Source: Alphaproteobacteria bacterium
Lineage (GTDB): Bacteria; Pseudomonadota; Alphaproteobacteria; UBA7887
Direction: 5' to 3'
Assembly: GCA_965216755.1 (NCBI GenBank)
Contig: CBDCGL010000011.1
Coordinates: 4,256,001-4,320,000, forward strand
Length of the DNA: 64,000 nucleotides
Positions 21,471 to 30,700 of the stretch are shown here, in pieces. A program made the translations under genes and the position numbers. Numbering within the stretch: the stretch's first letter is position 1; each line of letters begins with the position of its first letter. The notes under the pieces were generated by a model. The model was not told where the DNA came from, ran no database searches, and saw nothing but the letters and a program-made list of their open reading frames with translations.

Positions 21471-23018
21471 ATGCTGAGAAATTTTAGCCTTAAGATCGAT
21501 ATTGAATGGGTCTTCGCTTTTGTGATGGCCACCGGCTTCGCCTATTTTGTGGGCACCGGATTTTGGCTTGGCGCGGCTGGCATCATGGCGATCATGGTGT
21601 CGATCTGGCTGGGGCTCACGCAGCAATATATGCTGACCGTCGTGTGGTTGGTCGGAATGCCGACGATCTTCGTCATGGCCAACAACGTTATGAGTAGCAT
21701 TCCGATCTTGAATGCAGACCGGGCGCTGTTTTTCGTCTTGCTCGGTTTCTTGATTGCCCATGCCCTGGTGCGCTCGAACATGGTCGCGGGGGGCGGCACG
21801 CTTGGCGCCGCACTTGGCATCTATTTGTTTTATGTCCTCGTGTCCTGGTCATTCACCTTGCCGGACCGCGCCTGGAGCGATGTCTATCGCGACATCGCGT
21901 TTCTGCTTGACCGTTTCCTGATGCCGACCGTGGCTTATCTCATGGCTCGGTTTTTGCCGTGGGAACGTGAGCGCCTGACGACTTTTCTTTGGATCGTGGT
22001 CGCCTGGATGGGCTCATATCTGATTATTACGGGCTTGCTGCAATATGCCTTGGGCTGGACGTTCTTCATGCCGGCGGGGCCCGAACGGCTGTTTCCCGAT
22101 CGCGTAACCGGTCCGTTCGTCAACTCCACCTATTACGGCATGGCGGTCGCCATGGTGATGCTGATGGCTCTGTTCTTGGCCTTGCACACCAAGGCACTTG
22201 GCTGGCGGTCGGTGTTGTTGGCGTTCGTTGGCGCTCTCTTGCTGATGGTGTTGTTGAGCAAGTCGCGCTCTGTTTGGCTGGCCGCACCGATTGTCCTGGC
22301 GTATCTGTTTTTGCGGGTGCAGCGCACGCGTCCGATGATCACGTTTGCGGCCGTTGCGGTCGCCGCTGTCGCGCCGGTCGCACTGCCGCTAATTGTTGAT
22401 TTCGGCGATCTCGCAACCCGACTTGGGTCTTTGGGGCCGATCTACAATCGCCTGACCTTGTGGGGCACGGCGGTGAACATGATCATCGACAAGCCAATTT
22501 TCGGCTTTGGATTCGGTTGGGCCACATTCGGGCAATATAAGGCAGATTTCTATGCCAGTGTGGCCGGCGTTCCGGCCCAATATGCGGCGATTCCCAAGAT
22601 CCCGCACAATGAATATTTGAATGTTGGCGTCATGTTGGGTTTGGTCGGCTTGGTGCTTTATTTCGTTTGCCTATCCCGGGCCTGGCGGGTCTTGACGGCG
22701 GTTCGGCAATCATGGGCGCATGAGGACTCGTTCGTGTCCGACTTGGCCGTGTTTGTACAAAGCTGTCTTCTGTTGGTCTTGGTCGGCGTGGTTTTCATTG
22801 ACTTGGCTGAATCCTCGTCGGTCATCGTAATTTTCTTGTTCTTCTTGATCGGCATCGTGACCCGGTTTCATGACATCGTGAAACCGACAACAGCGCCGGC
22901 GCCCGAGCCATCGCGCGCACGTTCGCTGATCCTGCGCACGCCAGCGACTGCCACGCCCCGGACCGCAAAAGGCACGCCGACGCGCCCGGCACTCAGTCGC
23001 GCGCGGCCACGCGGCTAG
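21471..23018 (+). CDS. O-antigen ligase / Wzy polymerase family membrane protein
   Basis: Multi-TM protein with RVTGPFVN, LSKSRSVW, RLTLW...KPIFGFG and PHNEYL motifs. Confidence 0.85.
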   Translation: MLRNFSLKIDIEWVFAFVMATGFAYFVGTGFWLGAAGIMAIMVSIWLGLTQQYMLTVVWLVGMPTIFVMANNVMSSIPILNADRALFFVLLGFLIAHALVRSNMVAGGGTLGAALGIYLFYVLVSWSFTLPDRAWSDVYRDIAFLLDRFLMPTVAYLMARFLPWERERLTTFLWIVVAWMGSYLIITGLLQYALGWTFFMPAGPERLFPDRVTGPFVNSTYYGMAVAMVMLMALFLALHTKALGWRSVLLAFVGALLLMVLLSKSRSVWLAAPIVLAYLFLRVQRTRPMITFAAVAVAAVAPVALPLIVDFGDLATRLGSLGPIYNRLTLWGTAVNMIIDKPIFGFGFGWATFGQYKADFYASVAGVPAQYAAIPKIPHNEYLNVGVMLGLVGLVLYFVCLSRAWRVLTAVRQSWAHEDSFVSDLAVFVQSCLLLVLVGVVFIDLAESSSVIVIFLFFLIGIVTRFHDIVKPTTAPAPEPSRARSLILRTPATATPRTAKGTPTRPALSRARPRG

Positions 23019-23021
23019 CGC

Positions 23022-24140
23022 CTAGGGTGTCGTAGCTGCTTCGCCGTCGCTGGCTACGTGGGTCATGGCCTGATCTTCCACCAATATCCGGGTGACTTCA
23101 TCGCCGATCATCCGATGAGCTCGCGCCGAAATATGGCGATGGCCGTGTGCAACATGGACTTGGTCCGGAGCGACCTGGTCAGAGGCAAACAAAATCGTGC
23201 TGTCGATGAACGCATCGCTGTTGTCTTGCAAGGTCTGACGTATGTCGGCGGCAGCCGATGGCCGAATGCCGCCGTCGCGAGACACACTTGGGATATCGAC
23301 GATGATCAAAAAAATGCCCTGTTGCTTCGTGAATGCATAGAGCCTCTCAAAAAGGGCGTGGCCGAGTGCAACTTCATAATTGTCGACCTCGCCGGTGGCG
23401 ACGGCGTACTCCGTGGTCAGTTTTGCGCGTTCTTTGCTCAGCAAAGCCGCTTTGGCCAATTGCCATAGCGAGTTGAACCCAAATGAATACAGATATGAAT
23501 TCTCACTCAGCCATCTGAGCACGGCAAACTGGTTGATCGCGTCCATGATCGCCACGCCGGGTATGTGGCTTTTCTTGACGACCACAAGCTCGTCATCTTC
23601 CAGGCGAAAGATCCCAGCCTTGGTGTTGTCGCTCAGATCGTTGGCATAGAAGCCGACAACCACGACATCAGGCCGATAGCGCACGCCTTCCTGTTCCAAG
23701 AGCACCAGCTGTTCGGCCGTGCTGAAGCCTGATACGCCGGCGTTGATCACCTCGGCGTTTATGCCGGAGTGGTTCAAATTCGTCGCGATCACCTCAGAGA
23801 ACGTTTCGTTTTGGTGAACCTCCGCGCCGGCGGTTTGCGAATCGCCGAGACTCAGCACGCGAAAGACACCGTTCGGCTTGTCATAGGAAAAATCCTTGGT
23901 GCTGCGAAACCCTTGGGCATTGATGTCATAGCGCCACGCCCCATCGACGCTGGTGTGCCAAAATGTCGCGTCGGGCCGGTAGCGGCGCAGCGTGAAGTCG
24001 CCATAGGTTGCCGAGGTGTGATAGCGCGGATACATCAAGATCTGGTCTTTCATGAACAGCCGCAGGCAGGCTTCGCCGAGCAGACAAGCGACCAAAATCG
24101 ATATGGCGACCAACGCAAATGACGATAGAAAAGCTCTCAT
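23022..24140 (-). CDS. Membrane-anchored SGNH/GDSL hydrolase-family protein (copy 2)
   Basis: N-terminal TM, INAQGFRS, LGDSQTAG, INAGVSG, YANDL, C-terminal HRH in place of DxH. Confidence 0.8.
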   Translation of the reverse strand: MRAFLSSFALVAISILVACLLGEACLRLFMKDQILMYPRYHTSATYGDFTLRRYRPDATFWHTSVDGAWRYDINAQGFRSTKDFSYDKPNGVFRVLSLGDSQTAGAEVHQNETFSEVIATNLNHSGINAEVINAGVSGFSTAEQLVLLEQEGVRYRPDVVVVGFYANDLSDNTKAGIFRLEDDELVVVKKSHIPGVAIMDAINQFAVLRWLSENSYLYSFGFNSLWQLAKAALLSKERAKLTTEYAVATGEVDNYEVALGHALFERLYAFTKQQGIFLIIVDIPSVSRDGGIRPSAAADIRQTLQDNSDAFIDSTILFASDQVAPDQVHVAHGHRHISARAHRMIGDEVTRILVEDQAMTHVASDGEAATTP

Positions 24141-24940
24141 AAACGATTGCGTCCTTATTGCTGCAGGGTCGGTGCTTGTCCGCTGTTTTGGCTACGCCCC
24201 GATATGCGATGGCCGGAACATGTTGAAGCTATATACGAGCGCAAGAATCGGCGATCAACGTTCGGATGGCTGGCCGAGGCAACGATCCTGCACGAGCCAA
24301 TGATTCGGCGTCCTTCAGTTCGAGCAAATACAATAATAACCGTTTAAAGATCTCAGATTAGCTTGCTCCGGACAGGCGAGAGGGGCCCGCAAGGTGCCTG
24401 CCGGCGTATCCATGTACCGTGGGGGTTCGGCTGTGCCAACGTCTCCGACTTGTCGCCGTGTTTGCGCATTTGATCTCGGGCCGATATGGCCGGCCGCGGC
24501 CTGCGCCGCCCCTCGGGTCGCATTCGGCGCCTTCGATGGCCTTCTAGCCTATTGCTTTTCAACGAGATTCTTGGCGGCGGGACACGGGCTGGCAGTTGAT
24601 CCGGAAATGTGCACACGGGTCGGCGGCATGACAAGGAAGCTACAGGTGTCATCAAAGTTCAGCCTCGGTTCACGGTCAGCTTGGAATGATTCGCATGCGG
24701 AACTAAAATCCGAGACGAATTCCCGATCACTACTGCCGATCAAAGTTTCCTGGGCTTTGTGGTCGTGGCAAAGGGATCGACCTAAATCGATCGTAAGGGG
24801 CAGACCCCCTGAGGATAATTCGGAGTGTCGTCGGCGCCGCAGAGGGTCGTGCGCCGTCGTCGCGCGTCGATCGGATGAGGGTCGGAGTCGCCGGCGTTGA
24901 CGGCGCGCAACGATGCTTGAAGGGCATGTGGGCGAGGACA

Positions 24941-25381
24941 ATGGGCGCAAAAAAGGATACCGGTACACACGAACGATTGCAGCGATCGGAAGTCGTTCAA
25001 GGTTCGTCGGATCGATCGTTTGGGATCGTCTTCGCGGTCGTATTTGGCATTATCGCCATTTGGCCGTTGCTCCACGAGGGTGGTCTGCGCTGGTGGTCTT
25101 TGATCATCGGGTTGGGTTTCCTGGCCGTGTCATTCGTGCGCCCAACGTTGCTTGCGCCACTCAACTACATTTGGACCAAATTCGGCTTGCTGCTTCACCG
25201 CATCGTCAACCCGCTGATTATGGGTATTCTGTTCTTTATCGTCGTGACCCCGATCGGACTTGTGATGCGACTCGGCGGCAAAGATCTGCTGCGACTCCGA
25301 TTTGAGCCAAATCAACAGTCCTATTGGATTGAGCGTGAACCACCCGGACCAGCGCCGGACTCTATGAAACATCAGTTCTGA
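24941..25381 (+). CDS. SxtJ-family membrane protein
   Basis: SDRSFGIVF, PLNYIWTKFGLLLHRIVNP, VTPIG, SYWIER, C-terminal MKHQF; adjacent to a carbamoyltransferase. Confidence 0.85.
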   Translation: MGAKKDTGTHERLQRSEVVQGSSDRSFGIVFAVVFGIIAIWPLLHEGGLRWWSLIIGLGFLAVSFVRPTLLAPLNYIWTKFGLLLHRIVNPLIMGILFFIVVTPIGLVMRLGGKDLLRLRFEPNQQSYWIEREPPGPAPDSMKHQF

Positions 25382-25388
25382 GGCTGAA

Positions 25389-25538
25389 ATGGACTTCTTG
25401 AAAGAGCTTTGGCAGTTCATGCGTGTGCGCAAGAAGTTTTGGCTGATGCCAATTCTTTTGATGATGCTGCTTCTTGGCGGATTGGTGGTGCTGACTCAAG
25501 GCAGTGCCGTGGCGCCGTTCATCTACACAATCTTTTAG
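25389..25538 (+). CDS. 49-aa single-TM peptide, SxtK/DUF5989 family
   Basis: Below the ORF-track cutoff. Manual translation: MDFLKELWQFMRVRKKFWLMPILLMMLLLGGLVVLTQGSAVAPFIYTIF*. Fits the gap between the sxtJ-like and carbamoyltransferase genes. Confidence 0.92.
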   Translation: MDFLKELWQFMRVRKKFWLMPILLMMLLLGGLVVLTQGSAVAPFIYTIF

Positions 25539-25552
25539 TTTAGGCGGCTCCG

Positions 25553-27388
25553 ATGCGCATTTTGGGTCTTTCGGCCTTCTATCACGACAGTGCCGCGGCG
25601 CTGGTGGATGAAACTGGGATTGTCGCGGCGGCGCAGGAAGAGCGCTTTACCCGGGTCAAGCACGACTCGGGCTTTCCCAGCCATGCCATCGAATATTGTT
25701 TGAAAGAAGCGGGTATCGGCCTGGGCGATGTCGACTTCGTGGCATTCTACGATAAGCCGTTTTTGAAGTTCGAACGACTGCTTGAGACGTACCTGGCATT
25801 CGCGCCACGGGGCTTCAAATCGTTCCGCATGGCGATCCCGGTTTGGCTCAAGGAGAAGCTGTTTCAGAAGAAGCTGCTCAAGGACGAACTCAAGCAATAC
25901 GCGCCCGACTATGACTGGGAGAAGCGCCTGGTGTTCGCCGAGCATCACCAGAGCCATGCTGCCAGCGCGTTTTATGCCTCACCGTTTGAGTCTGCTGTCG
26001 TGTTGACAATGGATGGTGTTGGCGAATGGGCGACGACGTCGGTTGGCATGGGCTATGGCGGCGGTTTGGAGATGGCGAAGGAGATCCATTTCCCCCATTC
26101 CATCGGGCTACTCTATTCGGCGTTCACCTACTACACCGGCTTCAAGGTGAACTCGGGCGAGTACAAAGTCATGGGATTGGCTCCCTATGGCGAACCGAAA
26201 TACAAGCAGCTGATTCTGGATAATCTGGTTGACCTGAAAAAAGACGGCACATTCCGCCTGGACCTGGACTATTTCGACTACTGCACCGGCCTTCGCATGA
26301 CCAACGACAAGTTCGACGCGCTGTTTGGCGCGCCGGCGCGACAACCGGAACAGCGGCTGACCCAGCGCGAGATGGACCTGGCGGCGTCGATCCAAGCGGT
26401 GACCGAAGAGATCGTCCTGCGATTGACACGGTCTTTGGCGGACGAGACCGGCTCGAGGAACCTGTGTTTGGCCGGCGGTGTGGCACTGAACTGTGTTGCC
26501 AATGGCAAGGTGCTGCGTGACGGTAGGTTTGAGCATATGTGGATTCAACCGGCGGCCGGCGACGCGGGCGGCGCGTTGGGGGCGGCCTTGGCCGCGTATC
26601 ACCTGTACCAAGGAAAGCCACGGCACATCAACGGCGCCATGGACGCGATGAGCGGCAGTTATCTGGGGCCGGCCTTTGCCCAAGACGATATCGAGGGACG
26701 CTTAACCGCGGTCGGTGCCAAATTCGAAACGCTCAGCGACGATGATCTGGTCAATGCAGTGGCCGATGCTTTGGTCGACGAAAAGGCGGTCGGTTGGTTC
26801 CAAGGCCGCATGGAGTTTGGGCCGCGCGCCTTGGGTGGTCGTTCCATACTGGGCGATCCGCGTTCGCCGACAATGCAGAAAACGCTCAACCTGAAGGTCA
26901 AGTATCGCGAGAGCTTTCGACCCTTTGCGCCATCGGTGTTGGCCGGCGACGTGTCGTCTTGGTTCGAACTGGACAGTGAAAGCCCGTACATGCTGCAGGT
27001 CGCCGATGTTGCCAAGGAGCGGCGGCGCGAGATGACCAATGAGGAACATGCCTTGTTCGGGATCGAAAAGCTAAACGTTGCCCGGTCAGAAATTCCGGCC
27101 GTGACCCACGTCGACTATTCGGCCCGAATTCAGACTGTCCACGAAGAAACCAATCCGCGTTACCACGCCTTACTCGAGGCATTCAAGGCGCGCACCGGTT
27201 GCCCGATCTTGGTCAATACGTCGTTTAATGTTCGCGGCGAGCCGATCGTCTGCACGCCCGAAGATGCTTTCCGTTGCTTCATGGGCACGGAGATCGAACG
27301 TCTCGCGGTCGGCAATTGTCTGCTGAAAAAGGAAGATCAGGATCCTTCGTTGAAGCTCGACTATAAGGATGCGTTTGAGCTTGACTGA
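25553..27388 (+). CDS. O-carbamoyltransferase (NodU/CmcH/TobZ/SxtI family)
   Basis: ILGLSAFYHDSAAA, EERFTRVKHD, HHQSHAASAF, DGVGE, EYKVMGLAPYG, GRMEFGPRALG, RESFRPFAP, NTSFNVRGEPIV. Confidence 0.95.
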   Translation: MRILGLSAFYHDSAAALVDETGIVAAAQEERFTRVKHDSGFPSHAIEYCLKEAGIGLGDVDFVAFYDKPFLKFERLLETYLAFAPRGFKSFRMAIPVWLKEKLFQKKLLKDELKQYAPDYDWEKRLVFAEHHQSHAASAFYASPFESAVVLTMDGVGEWATTSVGMGYGGGLEMAKEIHFPHSIGLLYSAFTYYTGFKVNSGEYKVMGLAPYGEPKYKQLILDNLVDLKKDGTFRLDLDYFDYCTGLRMTNDKFDALFGAPARQPEQRLTQREMDLAASIQAVTEEIVLRLTRSLADETGSRNLCLAGGVALNCVANGKVLRDGRFEHMWIQPAAGDAGGALGAALAAYHLYQGKPRHINGAMDAMSGSYLGPAFAQDDIEGRLTAVGAKFETLSDDDLVNAVADALVDEKAVGWFQGRMEFGPRALGGRSILGDPRSPTMQKTLNLKVKYRESFRPFAPSVLAGDVSSWFELDSESPYMLQVADVAKERRREMTNEEHALFGIEKLNVARSEIPAVTHVDYSARIQTVHEETNPRYHALLEAFKARTGCPILVNTSFNVRGEPIVCTPEDAFRCFMGTEIERLAVGNCLLKKEDQDPSLKLDYKDAFELD

Positions 27389-27758
27389 CCGACCGAGAAT
27401 AGAGCCGCATCGCCACCGGCGGCGGATAGTACGGTCGCACCTGGCAAGCAACCGCGTGCACGCGATAAGGTTTGAGCAGTGGACGGAGATATCGGGCGCC
27501 AATGTCGGCCTTAAAGGTCGAACCGGCGTTGCCGTTGGCGTGCGCGAAAAATGGTTATGGGTCGCGGATTCGGCTGCTTCGCCCAAGTTACAACTGTGCT
27601 GGCGGAGTTTGGCGAACTACGGCCACAAAGTCGGAATACGGACAATATCTGGATTGGCCGGAAACGTTGCGATGCGAGGGAACTGACAAGTCTTCGTTTC
27701 GACGAGGGCGGAGTCCGGAGACAAGCCGAAACAGCGAGCTGAACAAAGGTACAGGCAG

Positions 27759-30700
27759 ATGACCGCGAATGTCTTCGACTGTGTGATTCTCGGTGATGAA
27801 TCACTGCTCATCGGGTGCGGTGATATCTTGCGTGAACGCGGCCATCGGATCCGCGCGATTATGTCGGCCAATCCGCAAATCGCCACCTGGGCAAAAAGCA
27901 ACGATATAACGTGCGTGTCGGATTTAGAGAGCTTGCGCGCTTCGATGGCCGAGGGCGCGATCGACTATTTGTTCAGCATCACCTATTTGTCGATTGTTCC
28001 GACGGATCTCTTGGCGGCGGCGCGGCATGGCGCGATCAATTTTCACGATGGGCGCTTGCCGGACTATGCGGGCCTCAATACACCGGTTTGGGCGCTGCTC
28101 AATGACGAGCGAGATTACGGCATCACCTGGCACTTGATGGCCGAAAAAGTCGACCAAGGCGATATTTTGATGCGTGTCCCGGTGGCGATCCAGGACCACG
28201 ATACGGCCCTGAGTCTCAACACCAAATGTTACGAAGCGGCGCTGCAATCATTTCCCGTTCTTCTGGATGCGCTGGAGAGCGAGAACGTTGCGCGCAGCCC
28301 GCAGAATCCGAGCGCGATTCGCTACTTCGGCAAATACAAAAAGCCGGATGCGGCCTGCGCCATACGCTGGGATCAAGATGCGGCTGCGATCACACGTTTG
28401 GTGCGCGCCCTGGAATTTGGCGCGTATCGCAATCCGGTGGGCGCGGCCAAACTGTTGCTTGGCGACACGGCAGTTATCGTCCACGAGGCCGACAACGTGG
28501 GGACAGCGGCACAACACGCGGCCGGCGAGGTTGTTGGGATCAGCGAAGAGACAATCACCGTGGCTGCCGGACAGGGCGCCGTTGCGCTGCGCCGTCTCAG
28601 CCAATTGTCAGGGGCCAGTTGCACGATATCCGACATTGTCGCACATCATGACCTCAAGGTCGGTGATCGACTGACAGTGATTGACGACGCCAGCGCCCAA
28701 AGCCTGGGCGCGCGGCAGAGCGATGTCGCCAAGCACGAGGACTACTGGGTCCGACGTTTGGCGAACCTGGATGGGGTCAGATTGCCCGGACATGGGGGGG
28801 GCGCATCCGCACCGACTCAGCCAAGCATGCACGCCGAGCCGTTTGTCGTGCCCTCTGATGCCCAATCCTTGCTGGGCGGCGACCCGCTCGCGTTTATGGT
28901 CGCCTTGGGTGCGTTCGTGGCACGAATGGATGGCAAGACAAGCTTCGACGTTGCATACCGCGATGGCGCCCTGCGGGCATTGGTCCCGGTCGATGATCCG
29001 ATTTTTTCACGCTTCGTGCCACTGCGGTTTGAGATTGATTTGGCAACGCCGTTCGCCGACCAACGTGCGCAGCTGTCTGCGGCCATCCAAGAACTGACCA
29101 AACGCAAGACATTTCTGATTGATGCGAAGGCGCGGCACCCGGCGGTGGCGCAGGCGACGGCTAACGGCGCGCCGGTTTTGCCGGTCCGAATTAACGTCGG
29201 TGGCATAACCGAGCCAGCCAACGCGGGCGGCCTAACGATCGCAATTGATGACGCCGCGACAGAATGTATCTGGCACTACGATTCCGCTGCCGTCAGTGCG
29301 TCCGCCGTGCACGCGGCCCAAACGCGCTTCGCCGCTTTCTTGGAAAATCTGTCGCGCATGTCGACCGCGTCGCTCGCTGATGTGCCGATGTTGAGCGCGG
29401 ACGAACAGCAGACCATGCTGCGCGACTGGAACGACACCGTGCGCGATTATCCGCGCGACCGTTGCGTCCATCAGCTGTTTGCGCAACGCGCGGCGCAAAC
29501 GCCCGACGCGGTTGCCTTGGTGTTCGAAAATCAATCGCTCACCTATGGCGCGCTCAACGCACGGGCCAACCGAGTCGCGCACCAATTGCGTGATATGGGC
29601 ATTGGGCCCGACAAACTGGTCGGCGTCGCGGTGGAGCGCTCGATCGATTTGATGGTTGCTGTTTTGGGTGTCTTGAAGGCGGGCGGCGCCTATGTGCCGA
29701 TCGATCCGTCGTATCCGCACGAACGCGTTCGGCTCATGCTCGAGGATTCGAATGTGCCGGTCCTGCTCACGCAACGACATTTGATGGTGGATCTGCCGGA
29801 TCATGCGGGCCGGGTTTTGTGCGTTGACGCGGACGGCGTGCAAGCTGACGCGGCCGGCGACCATGATCCGGACGTTGCCGTTCAACCCGACAATCTCGCC
29901 TACGTCATTTACACGTCTGGTTCCACGGGACGACCCAAAGGGGTCATGGTCGAACATCGCAACGTGGTCAATTTCTTTGCCGGCATGGACGACTGCATTG
30001 CACACGATCCGCCTGGCGTGTGGTTGGCGGTGACCAGCCTATCGTTCGATATTTCGGTGTTGGAGCTGTTTTGGACCCTGGCGCGCGGCTTCAAGATTGT
30101 CCTCCACGGCGATACGCCGCAGCGTAAAGTGGCCGCGGCGACAAGCGGCGCGGCACGAAAGCGACCGGTGAACTTCAGCTTGTTTTATTTTGCCAGCGAT
30201 CAGCAGGGCCAGGGTTCAGAGCGGTATCGATTGCTAATGGATGGCGCCAAGTTTGCCGATGAGCATGGCTTTGAAGCGGTCTGGACCCCGGAGCGCCATT
30301 TCCACGATTTCGGCGGCTTGTATCCGAATCCGTCGGTGGCCGGTGCAGCCATCGCCGCGATCACCAAGAACGTTGGCATTCGGTCAGGCAGTTGTGTTTT
30401 GCCCTTGCACCATCCGATTCGTGTCGCCGAAGAATGGAGCCTGGTCGACAATCTGTCCGACGGCCGCGTCGGAATCGGCATTGCATCTGGTTGGCAACCT
30501 AATGATTTTGTCTTGCGTCCGCAAAATCATGCCAAGGCCAAGGACATCATGTTCCATTCCTTGGAACAAGTGCAGAGGCTGTGGGCCGGCGAAAGCGTCA
30601 CGTTTCCGGGGCCGAAAGGTGATGTCGATGTCGCGATAATGCCAAAGCCGGTCCAAGATTCGTTGCCGGTTTGGATCACCACCGCCGGAAATCCCGAGAC

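Noticed and set aside
24941-27388. Saxitoxin biosynthesis cluster (sxtI/J/K homologues)
   Set aside because: No sxtA, sxtG, sxtB or other core genes; this trio is widespread outside toxin producers.
27655-27670. Sigma-54-like TGGCCGGAAACGTTGC upstream of the NRPS
   Set aside because: GG-to-GC spacing is 11 nt rather than the required 10.
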